Shown in pieces: positions 53,014-64,000 of a stretch of DNA of 64,000 nucleotides. The DNA lies in NCBI RefSeq assembly GCF_001194135.2, contig NC_068983.1:94167907-94231906 (forward strand), written 5' to 3'. The DNA is from Octopus bimaculoides. Its lineage: Eukaryota. The notes beneath the pieces are model-generated. The model was not told where the DNA came from and made no database searches. It saw only the letters and a program-made list of their open reading frames with translations. Position 1 is the stretch's first letter; each line of letters begins with the position of its first letter. Position numbers and translations under genes: made by a program.

Positions 53014-55665
53014 TATATAGATAGATAGATTTTATTAGCATTTAGCAGAAACAACAGTGACACAATGGCTGAGAGTTTTATGCATTGTCACTTATCTTGG
53101 CCCTTGAGTCACTTTGTTGCTTCTGCTAAATATTAATAAACATATACATATACTCATATTTTGAGTTCTCTTTTTCCTGTTTGCATCAGCATACCTGTAG
53201 ATATATGTTTGTGTATAAAGAGAGAGAATAGCAAACTTTATACTTGTAGTAACCTCTGGTTTTCTCAACTGATCTTCACCAAATATTGCCTGTGATCTCT
53301 CCTAGCTTGTAGGTATCGAACTTGTAGGTATGAACAGTATCGAACTCACAACACTGCCTGGTTTTTGACATAATTCTAAAGGTTCATTTCTTAAGCAAGA
53401 AATGATGAAACCTTGGCTAGATAAAACTTAACTGGCTACCAATAAATATGATCTGAATATTCCAGTTGCTGATCTAGTTTGTACTAACTCTTAAATAAGA
53501 TTGTTGAACTTCCAAATTTCTTTTGTGAGATTAGATTGTTTTATTTTGTGGTTTTCTCTTTGGTTTATAACTTCATCATAAAATCCTATTTTTAATAGAA
53601 ATCTGTTTTTCCTGCTTAACTTTAACCTGCTAATACTAGTGTTACCTTCCAAAAACCTACCATTCTATGAGTTCACTTCAATGTATATCCTATAAAAATG
53701 GTTCCAATTTTCACAATGAGAAAAGTCAGTTCTAAATGTGAAAAATAGAAGCTTTTGAAATAATCTAAATTTACTTTCATAAATAGTTATAGAACTTACT
53801 CAAAATATACTGGTTTCCTTTGCATTGGTCAGAAGAATTTCTAAACCAGGGCATCCATTTCCCTTTCTAAGTCTTGGAGAAAGTAAAAAGAATTTTTTAA
53901 AAAGTAGTAGTAGTACTATTAATATATTGATAACTATATTTTTTAAACTGCACAAAAAATGCAAAAGATAATTAAAAATTTAATAAAAAAGTAAAAATCG
54001 TTTCAGAAGTTCTGTCACTATCCAGTTTCACAAAAATATTGAATGATCTAAAAGGCTTAGCTATCCTTAATCATTTTTTAAAATGTAAATTACATGTTTT
54101 TCCTCGGCTTTCATGAAATATAGGCTATTCTTTCACCCATGAACAGTATGCCCAAACCTCCAGTTATAATTTCTATAAAATATCTTTTTATCTGATAGAA
54201 ATATTTCTACTTTAAACCCACCAATTTCTATCTACTGCATTTTTGTGATAGATCTATTCTGGTATTTTCTGATTTCTATAAACTTCCCTTTGTAAGCAAA
54301 AGCATGATGCTATTACCCATCTACACTTTGGTTCCACATAGGGGTAGTCACAGTGTCTTAGCAGGTGCTACACCTGAGATAGTTTCTCCACCAAACTATC
54401 ACATTATAAGGTAACATTTGCTGTGTCTGAGCAATGGCAAATTTAAATAGTTTTGTCTATTTGTAGAAGACACAAAAACAACTTGTCAGTTGCTCTGTAA
54501 CTAACATGAGGAGATAAGTGAAACATTAATAACTTTTATTAAAAACCAGAAAGTCTTGTGATTGTTACGAGTTTTTGACCTCTTGTAATCAGTGATAGAG
54601 TATCAGTAAAAATAGTTTGCCCTTTTGTTAATTAGTTTCATCACTCAATCATAACAATTATTTCATCTTTATTGGGGGAGAGGTGCAATATTAGGCCAAC
54701 CAGACCTACTTTTTGCTCTTATTGACCTGCTTAAATTTACAAAGAGAAATTTCAGAAATATTTTTTTATCTTTTAATATATCCTTGTACTAAAATAATTA
54801 GCATTATATGATATAAATAATATATATTATAATCTTTTCTACTATAGGTACAAGGCCTAAAATTGGGGAGGGGAGAGTTAATTACACTGACCCCTTAGTT
54901 TATCGACCCTGATAGGATGAAAGGCGAAGTCAATCTTGATGGAATTTGAACTCAGAACATGCAGACAGTCAAAATGCTGCTAAGCATTTTGCTCAGTGTG
55001 CTGATGGTACTAAAATAGATATATTTATAAAATTGAGGCATTAAAAAACCTTATATATCTTGAAGTTCCTTTCCTATTTACATTTTTTCCTGCAAATATT
55101 CAGACTCACATCAGTTGTATCAGTATCTCCAGCCAGGAAGAGACAGCAAAGGTCACAATACTATATATCCTTTTCTGATGAACATATTTCAAAAAACTGA
55201 AAAATTTAATTTAACTTCACTAAAACTTATATATCTGGAACCCCATTACTATTCTGACATCATTAGATCGTTAGAATACTGTGGATTTCACACTGACAAT
55301 ACTGGAGCATTGACCTCAAGTCTATGGTTAAGGTGTTGGACTCATGATCGTAAGATTGCTCCACTCAGCTGGCAAAAATAAGTAATCCTGTGACAGACCG
55401 GTGTCCTGTCCAGGTGGGAAATTTATACACCATGGAAATATATATTATACACGCACAAATATATAAAACAGCTTCCTACAAAGGTTCTTTCTACTTAATT
55501 CTGCTCACAAGGCATTGGTTAACCTAAAGCAGTGGGCTATGATAGACAACACTGGCTCAAGGTAGCATGTGTTGCAATTGAACTTAGAACCACATAATTG
55601 TGAACCAAGCTTCTCAGCTACATTGCTATGTAGGTGCCTATTATGAAAATAATAAACTGAGTCAG

Positions 55666-55880
55666 CGAGCTGGCAGAAATGTTAGCACGCCAGGTGAAAT
55701 GCTTGGTGGTATTTCGTCTGCCGTTACGTTCTGAGTTCAAATTCTGCCAAGGTTGACTTTGCCTTTCATCCTTTCAGGGTCGATTGAATAAGTATCAGTT
55801 ACACACTGAGGTTGATGTAATTGATTTAATCCCTTTGTCTGTCCTTGTTTGTCCCCTCTATGTTTAGTCTCCTGTGGGCA
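55666..55880 (+). mobile_element. SINE family B
   Basis: gcgagctggcagaa...gagttcaaattc...ctttcatcctttc motif. Other copies at about 1330-1550, 6440-6900 (minus), 16940-17180 (minus), 23470-23660, 24855-25070 and 54835-55000 (minus). Confidence 0.8.
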
Positions 55881-56221
55881 ATAAATAAATAAATAAATTG
55901 AGTCATATTCAAATGTAGTTACTTCTCTATGGAATTAGGCTATATGAAGATATTTTTGCATGCACACACATATAGAAATTCATTCAACAGAAGAGTATTC
56001 CATTGCCTTTTCCAGAAAGGTTTCTGAGAATGTTCCCATGAGATCAATTTCCTCAACTGGATAGTTAAAGGAACTATGTCCCAGGCCAAAATAATAATGA
56101 AATACTTTCAGCAGCATTAAACTCAAGACCAACTCATTATCTAATATCTTATCCATTCTACCAATTTACATATCCCTACTGCAATTATATAACCAAATCT
56201 TCAACAATGAAAATATTGATG

Positions 56222-57065
56222 ATCATCATCATCATCATCATCGTTTAACGTCCGCTTTCCATGCTAGCATGGGTTGGACGATTTGACTGAGGACTGGTGA
56301 AACCGGATGGCAACACCAGGCTCCAGTCTGATTTGGCAGAGTTTCTACAGCTGGATGCCCTTCCTAACGCCAACCACTCAGAGAGTGTAGTGGGTGCTTT
56401 TANNNNNNNNNNNNNNNNNNNNNNNNNNNNNNNNNNNNNNNNNNNNNNNNNNNNNNNNNNNNNNNNNNNNNNNNNNNNNNNNNNNNNNNNNNNNNNNNNN
56501 NNNNNNNNNNNNNNNNNNNNNNNNNNNNNNNNNNNNNNNNNNNNNNNNNNNNNNNNNNNNNNNNNNNNNNNNNNNNNNNNNNNNNNNNNNNNNNNNNNNN
56601 NNNNNNNNNNNNNNNNNNNNNNNNNNNNNNNNNNNNNNNNNNNNNNNNNNNNNNNNNNNNNNNNNNNNNNNNNNNNNNNNNNNNNNNNNNNNNNNNNNNN
56701 NNNNNNNNNNNNNNNNNNNNNNNNNNNNNNNNNNNATTTCCAAAGGTCTCGGTCCGTAGTCATCGCCTCGGTGAGGCCCAATGTACGAAGGTCTTGCCTC
56801 ACCACCTCAGCCCAGGTCTTCCTGGGCCTACCTCTTCCACGGGTTCCCTCAACTGTTAGGGTGTGGCACTTTTTCACGCAGCTATCCTCCTCCATTCTCA
56901 CCACATGTCCATACCAGCGCAATCGTCTCTCTTGCACGCCACAACTGATGCTTCTAATGTTCAGCTTTTCTCTCAAGATACTTACACTCTGACGGGTATT
57001 CACATTGACATTACACATCCAACGGAGCATACTGGCTTCATTCCTTGCGAGCTTACGTATGTCCT
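56222..57065 (-). mobile_element. Young 5'-truncated RTE-type LINE
   Basis: RNEASMLRWMC...ERRLRWYGHVVRMEEDSCVKKC...RGRGRPRKTW. The 3' UTR is near-identical to the copy at 30790 and ends in a (GAT)n tail. Confidence 0.9.
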
Positions 57066-57430
57066 CAGCATATTGATATTGAAACCAAAATCTATCATAG
57101 CAAACTTTTTGTATCATTGTTGTTTTAAAGAGTACAAGTGTCCTTGAGAATATTTTCACAATAAATATTGTGACATTTTCACAATAAATTTTCATAATAA
57201 ATATTTTAGTCAATATATAAATAAGATTTTCTCTACTTAATAAATTCAGGCATTGCTCTGACTACAAAATTTTCACATTTGGAAACATTTCATCTTTGTT
57301 TTTGATTTTTTTTTCTACCAGATCATATAATGATAATGAATTTATTGTATACACTGATCAGGTGTACTACAACTCATCAGAAAAGGTTGTCAAATGTGCA
57401 TGTACAGTACATAGAATAATGCACAGAAAG

Positions 57431-57806
57431 TTGTTGTTGTTGTTGGCACGACGTCGAGGGTCCAGTTGATCCGATCAGTGGAACAGCCTGCTCGTGAAAT
57501 TAATGTGCAAGTGGCTGAGCACTCAACAGACACGTGTACCCTTAACGTAGTTCTCGGGGATATTCAGCGTAATACAGTGTGACAAGGTTGGCCCTTTGAA
57601 ATACAGGTACAACAGAAACAGGAAGAAAGTGAGAGAAAGTTGTGGTGGAAGAGTACAACAGGGTTCACTACCATCCCCTGCTGGAGCCTCGTGGAGCTTA
57701 AGGTGTTTTCGCTCAATAAACACTCACAACGCCCGGTCTGGGAATTGAAACCGTGATCCTATGACCACGAGTCCACTGCCCTAACCACTGGGCCATTGCG
57801 CCTCCA
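57431..57806 (-). mobile_element. tRNA-derived SINE family C, full length with (AAC)n tail
   Basis: Minus-strand head tggaggcgcaatggcccagtggttaggg...ggtttcaattccc. Near-identical 5'-truncated copy at about 61872-62200; related copies at 23690-23930 and 62270-62480. Confidence 0.85.
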
Positions 57807-59189
57807 CGCACAGAAAGTAAACAGTGAATAAATCATAAAAAAAATAAAAGTGGTGGGGACATCAGGTGTATTGTTGGCAAATTTCAGGAAGCATGAAAGT
57901 TTTGAAGGACATAAACAGTTTTATAGATTAAATGTTTTCACTAATAATTGATAAAAATTGTTTAAAAGAAGAGAATTAAACAGTATTTATAATTCTATCA
58001 GAATTAATAGGTTTTTTTCAAATTTATGTAGGCTTTCGATTACATTTACTTGTTTAATCTCAGGTCAGCTTTACACAAGTGAACATATTGTTGATTCATA
58101 TATTTTGTATATGTGTATACACCTATTACCTTTAAGTCATGTGACTGCAGCCATGCTGGGGCACTGGTTTGAACAGTTTAGTCAAACAAATCAACCTTGA
58201 TAAATCTGGTACTTATTCTATTGGTCTCTTTTTCCAAACTGCAAAGTTACAGGGATGTAAACAAACCAACAGCAGTTGTCAGATGGTTGGCAGGTGGGCA
58301 AACCCACATCAAGCTTCTACACAGTTTCCATCTACCAAATTCATTGGTTGGACTAGGACTGTAGTAGAAGACATTGGCCCAACATGCCACATAGTGGGTC
58401 TGAACCCGAAACTATGTGTCTGCAAAGTGAACTTCTTAAACACACAGCCATGCCTTCACCTATTTTAACCAATTTCAGTTATTAAAAACTGGAGCTGTGC
58501 TGAGTACTAGTTAGCATGCAGGTTATGGATGTAAAAAAGTGGAAGTAGATTGTCCTAATCAAAATCAGAAGTGAAGACAGTAATATCCTTTTGTGTATAT
58601 ACAACATAGTCAATGAATAGAACATACATATATTTGATATAAGATGAAACAATCATATTTCTCAGTAGTGTTTGTTTTAGAATATAGTACATTGGAGTAG
58701 TTTACATCAGCTGCTACTTCTGAAATACTTAACATATCACTAGACGGTATTATACATACTGTGAATGTGGCATTATGAAGTTCTTTATGTTCTTTTTGTA
58801 AAATTTTGTGATGTCACTGTCATTACTTCCAGTTTCTATCACAATCTTTCACATTTTAGAGCAATTTACTTTCACTTTTTTACAACTGTAAACTGTGTTA
58901 ACCCTGAGTGCCACCTTCAAAGATTTTAGTCAATTATATTGACCCTGCAGAACTTGTTTAGTAATTATTTTATCAATGGCTAAAGGAAGAATGGCATGGT
59001 TAACCTTGGCATATAAAGATATATACAACAACTTGCAAAAAGTTTCCATCCACCAAATTTTACTCACAAAGTTCCAGTCAGGTTTGGTTCCACAGTAATA
59101 CACAGTAGGACCAAACCTGAAACACTGAGATTTTGTGAAATGAACTTCTGAACAACACAATAATTTTAGCATGGACAATTTAGTACACC

Positions 59190-59910
59190 GACTTGACCAA
59201 CACTGTCTGATATGTTTCTGCTCAACCTCCAAGCCTTACAGTGGAGCCTTGCTCAGTACAGTGCCATCACTTGCGATTGGCTCTCGGCTTGAGAGTGACT
59301 GTCTGTGCATTGATGTTTCCCTGAGGCTTGGCCTCCATATCTGTGAGTCTTATGAATGCCATTATGGATCCATTGTGGATTCTTTTGGCCTCCACTCACT
59401 GTCATTCCATCATAGTGCTGGCTACTTTCCATGCCACACTACCCTTAACAAAATCGTAAAGCATGGCCAAAACACCACAGGCTTCCCTTCACAGCTCAAG
59501 GGGAAGGGAACTAGACTGAGGGGACAGTAAAAGGCCTGACAGTATGACAATTTTTCTGTTCCATGGCAGTAGGCCCCTCGTCTGGGATACCACATGTTGT
59601 GACATTTTCTCCAGTGGCAACTTGATGTATTCAGCTACCAGCCCAGGCTCTGTTGCTCATCAGGCTGAAAAAAGCAAACTGTCAAGGATTCAGTCACTTT
59701 CTGACAGGTTTATGGTCAAGCCTGTGATAGTGGAAATCTCTGGTGTTCTTTGCCTCCAGACCATATCCCTGCTCACCATTATCAGGGTAAAGCTGGCTAT
59801 CCACATGTGCAAGCCGCATGAGTCAGGGTGGCTGTTCCAACACATCTTCCTCACCATCCTCCGGGGAAACACCTTTTCCATTTTGTCTGCTGGGACCATA
59901 AAGCAATCTG
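59190..59910 (+). mobile_element. CRE-clade-like non-LTR retrotransposon 3' fragment with restriction-like endonuclease domain
   Basis: LRLGLHICESYECHYGSIVDSFGLHSL...HTTLNKIVKH (decayed CCHC knuckle) followed by HGSRPLVWDTTCCD...AEKSK...VEISG...LRGNTFSILSA. Confidence 0.7.
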
Positions 59911-62900
59911 AATTGCAGGAAATAAACAACTTTGATCTGTCATACAATTACACAATTTCATAGACTAGATTTCAACACATAGGAATGAACATAGACATGG
60001 TTTACTAGCACGTGCACACAAATACACACACAGAGTTGTTCAGCTTTTTAATCAGATATACCAGGAACCAGTGTCTAATGTTTCCTTTTTCAAGATGGTC
60101 AGGTGTGACATGAGAGAAATTTGATTGCTATTTCTAGCAAGTTAAGCGACCATACAGAAGTTCTGGCTTAAATAAGTTAATTGAGATTGTTTGTACCTTT
60201 TATATACAATATTTCCTTTTAGTACTAAAAATTCATCAGTCGCCCAAAAGCTGGTGTCATTTTAACAAAAGAAAATTTATTTTGATGTTTATCGATGAGT
60301 TTACATCAACTGAAACAAGCAGCAGATGTCGACATAGCTTAGCTTTAATAATCCTGGTATCTTTTAATCAGTGATTTCCAAACTGTTTATCACAAAATGT
60401 TAGGATAGCTTTATCTCTGATTTTTCACATATGCAAATTAAAATTAAGCACTAATAGCTAATTTTAACCGCACATGCTTTCTCTTACATGGAACCATAAT
60501 ACATTCTCTTTGACTGCTACATGATGCTTAATTTTAATGAAAAGTATATTTATTGGGTGTTGTCTGGTTTTCAGTGAAACAAAAAAAGTGTCGCTTTCCT
60601 CAACATTTCTAGATGTTAAATGATGAAGACATCAAATAGACACTAGAAAGTCTATTGACAACAGATTAGAGAGGATAATCTAAAGCATGTAGATATTTCT
60701 TTATTTTAGTAATCCTGATATGTTTTAACTTCTGTTTCGCATAAAGTATATTAAACAAAATAAAACAAATAAAAAGTTTATTTATATGCTTAGGGCTAGT
60801 CCCCTAGGCACATAAAGAAACTCTGAGAGATTAATTCTTTATTTCTGGAAATTATCCCTTGTCTTAAAGAGTTGCTAACAATTACCGTCAGGTTTTAGTT
60901 TTCTTTCTCAAATTAGGAGGTAATTACAATTCATTAAGTATATATATATTTTTTTCTTTTTTCATATAACATTTGTCTTTTAATTGAGAAATAACAATTC
61001 AAAGTTCGAATGGAAGCTTGTACATAAGTACACATACAAGAATAAAGCACCTAATGAGGATCTGAGATCAAACTGATTGAAACTTACTGTAAATATTGGA
61101 AATCTATTATCTCTAAAGATGATGAATTAATAGTTAGAAAAATTATAATCTTATTAACAACACATCTCAGACATTTAGTCTCATTTACAGTTCGATGCTA
61201 CTTTAGCAACCACGAAAACATGAAATAAAATCTATATTCAATATTTTTAGTGCTTATTTTGTAGTTTAAAACTGCTTTTACATACAGCTTAAAGGCGTTC
61301 ACACGCAGCTAAATAAATTGAAGTGGCTGGTGTAGTTTGTTTGGTAATACCAATAAAACAACACATTTCTCAGCTTAATGTGTTTAAACAAATAATGGTC
61401 GCACATTTTGAAAGGAAGATTGTAGTCTTTATCTATTATAATTCTATTGCATAGGCCTTAACATTTTAACTGGCAACTATTTTATCGATCCCAAAAGGGT
61501 GAAAATCAAAAATCAATTTCCCTGGCAGAATTTGAACCTTGCATGTAAAAGAAAGTAGTTATATACAACCACTTTTTTTTTCTAACCATCATTTTTTTAA
61601 CAAATTACTCACGAAATTTACTATCAGCATAGAATGACAATAAAAGAATCATTAATTACGAATAAATAAAGAAACATTTCAGTGAATAATTGCTAAATGA
61701 CTATATCAATAAATAACTTCATTGAGATATCTGATTATAATCAAAATGATATCGAATATTTGTGTTATTTTACCGACGTTGGTAATAAATAGTTTATCAG
61801 TATTTACATAGGTTTAAAGTTTTGAACACAAAACTTAAACAATAGCAACACATCTGCAGATGATTAGAAAATCGTTGCACTCCATCGGTTTCGACGACGA
61901 GGGTTCCAGTTGATCCATATCAACGGAACAGCCTACTCGTGAAATTAACGTGCAAGTGGCTGAGCACTCCATAGATACGTGTACCCTTAACGTAGTTCTC
62001 GGGGAGATTCAGCGGGACACAGTACGTGACAAGGCTGACCCTTTGAAATACAGGTACAACAGAAACAGGAAGAAAAAGTGAAAGAAAGTTGTGGTGAAAG
62101 AATACAGCAGGGTTCGTCACCACCCGCTGCCGGAGCCTCGCGGAGCTTTAGGTGTTTTCGCTCAATAAACACTTACAATGCCCGGTCTGGGAATCGAAAC
62201 AGCATTCCATTCCTATAGAATAGAGCCGAAATTATCTAGCGCGACAAAAACCGTAGTGTTTTGCATTTTTCAAGCCAAGTCACGTGACTTAGTGGTTAGC
62301 GTATAGCACTCACGATCTCAAAGATAGTGGTTTCGATTCCAGGAACGGACGATGCTTTGTGTTCTTGAGCAACTCTTCCTTTCATGTTACTCCTGTCCAC
62401 TTAGCTGTAATTGACTAACCTTGTGACAGACTGACGTCCCGTCTGGGGCAACGTGATCTCAGTCACTTAGGACGCCTATAAGTCCTAGAAATCGATACAG
62501 TGATATCCAGGGAACTTATACTACTATGTTTCAAGCATTGTAGACTATGGAAGTTTTCTCTTAACTCCCAGAAAAATTGATATTTTTTAATGAAATTTTC
62601 TACAAACATGCTTTAGATGTTGGTTTCGATTAAATCGGAATTTGTTGTGAAAAGATTTTTCTGAGGATGGGGAGAGGAGTTTCGGAAAATACACACGAGT
62701 TGGCTTTGTTTCCTTATAACTTACCGAAAAAAGGATATTTTTAAATAAAATTTTCTGTAAATCCCAACGAGATGGTGTATATTACGATTATATCGGAAAT
62801 ATATTTATATAAAAAGTTGGTGGGTTTGCACACATATGTAGTGAAACTACCTATCGCCATTAGATACAAAACTGCTATCGCCATTCTTCTCATTTAAATA

Positions 62901-62939
62901 TAAACAAGCGCGAGCATAGCGGAGAACCCATTCCTTGTC

Positions 62940-63125
62940 ATCACGTGACTGATTATTATTCGAATGGGCAACTTCTTCGAACCGTTCCCGCCAGAACGCA
63001 AACTGACCAATCACGGCCCCTAATAAGGTCACGTGATAGAGTATTTTTCTGAAGCCTTCGGGAGCCGATAATTCGCTATAAATAGATCAACTCATACCCA
63101 GCAAATTTGTCTCGGTTCAGTTTCT
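62940..63125 (+). promoter_or_regulatory. RNA polymerase II core promoter of an unidentified gene
   Basis: CpG-enriched patch with ATCACGTGAC (62940-62949), CCAAT (63007-63011), GTCACGTGAT (63028-63037), TATAAATA (63077-63084) and an Inr-like TCAGTT (63117-63122). Confidence 0.6.
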
Positions 63126-64000
63126 CTTTGAGAACTGTTCCGTGTACCACATGACAGCAGCAGCAGCGGCAGCCAGCGACACATCAACAGCTTCGTCCAA
63201 CGATGACCACCGTCGCCGCCACATCAGCAACACGAGTCTACGACTACTAACCAGCATCATCGTCATGACCAACACGATTCTACGATTACTACTANNNNNN
63301 NNNNNNNNNNNNNNNNNNNNNNNNNNNNNNNNNNNNNNNNNNNNNNNNNNNNNNNNNNNNNNNNNNNNNNNNNNNNNNNNNNNNNNNNNNNNNNNNNNNN
63401 NNNNNNNNNNGACTTAGCTTCACCACGATAATAAACAGACAAGATATTTCAGCCAGCGACGAACATCTGTATAACAAGAATCACGGCCCGGCATGGAAGC
63501 CACGACATCACAACTAGTGATCAGCACTGCCACACTCACAGCCTCAACTACTTTCACATACAGACTTTTCCTATAATGTACTCAAAGAACTGGTATAAAT
63601 GCTCACGTGTTATTGACTCTTTCTATCTGCTGTAATAACTCACATACACATACATGTATCACTCACACACTTTTCTTTGTATGACGGCCTGTCTTTGATT
63701 ATGTTCTTATATGTCGCATTCACACTCTCACATACACATACATCTTTAACGCTACAATAAATATTTCTGTTATTCATCTTATACGGTTGCCTTCTATCGC
63801 CTCTTCATTACTGGTATTTACGAATTCATATATGTTATCGTAGTATAACATATTTTGTATATCATCTTTGATATATATTATTTTGTGTTCGACCGTGTGA
63901 CGCGTTTAAATAAAAGGAGTCCTCTGTTTTTCCATTCGTCACCATTTCTCTTTTTTGAGTTCGCACGGTCGTTCCTACACATATATACTGACACATCACA

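Larger units (their letters stand above)
5104..63410. other. Assembly gaps (N runs)
   Basis: N runs at about 5104-5400, 29493-29907, 31006-31604, 39238-39296, 43165-43897, 56403-56735 and 63295-63410, mostly inside repeats. Confidence 0.99.

Noticed and set aside
57322-57420. Plus-strand exon-like segment SYNDNEFIVYTDQVYY, faintly like the PARP YNEYIVY motif
   Set aside because: Isolated, no convincing donor and no companion exons; similarity too short.
57740-57806. tRNA genes at SINE heads (also 23690, 39117, 62280)
   Set aside because: A and B boxes are present but continue into multicopy SINE bodies; no complete cloverleaf.
55165-58592. Further ATATCCTTTT motifs at 55165 and 58583 as U12 donors
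   Set aside because: No recognisable upstream exon or matching branch site and AC; expected by chance in AT-rich DNA.
63142-63417. ORF MYHMTAAAAAASDT... as the start of the third gene
   Set aside because: Low-complexity trinucleotide-repeat sequence interrupted by a gap; more likely 5' UTR, and no homology recognised.

Overview
AT-rich, repeat-dense metazoan genomic scaffold with 7 N-gaps. The SINE/LINE repertoire and (TA)n/(CA)n load look like an octopus genome; this is pattern recognition, not proof. Two intact multi-exon genes can be assembled by hand: RABIF/MSS4 (minus strand, 2 coding exons 17692-17525 and 11024-10743, 149 aa) and PSME3IP1/FAM192A/NIP30 (plus strand, 6 coding exons 34921-49755, 240 aa). 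PSME3IP1 intron 3 (39732-44856) is a minor-spliceosome AT-AC intron. A TATA/CCAAT/E-box promoter of an unidentified third gene lies near 63 kb. The rest is mostly transposon debris: a hAT-Buster element, mariner, Tc1-like and piggyBac remnants, MITEs, RTE-, CR1- and CRE-like non-LTR fragments, and several tRNA-derived SINE families. The most unusual object is a 535-bp LTR-like insertion (19418-19952, GATC target duplication) inside the Buster transposase. It carries tandem copies of the 3' half of mature, CCA-tailed tRNA-Trp. Long foldback inverted repeats are also frequent, several of them inside introns. No prokaryotic features or true CRISPR arrays are present.
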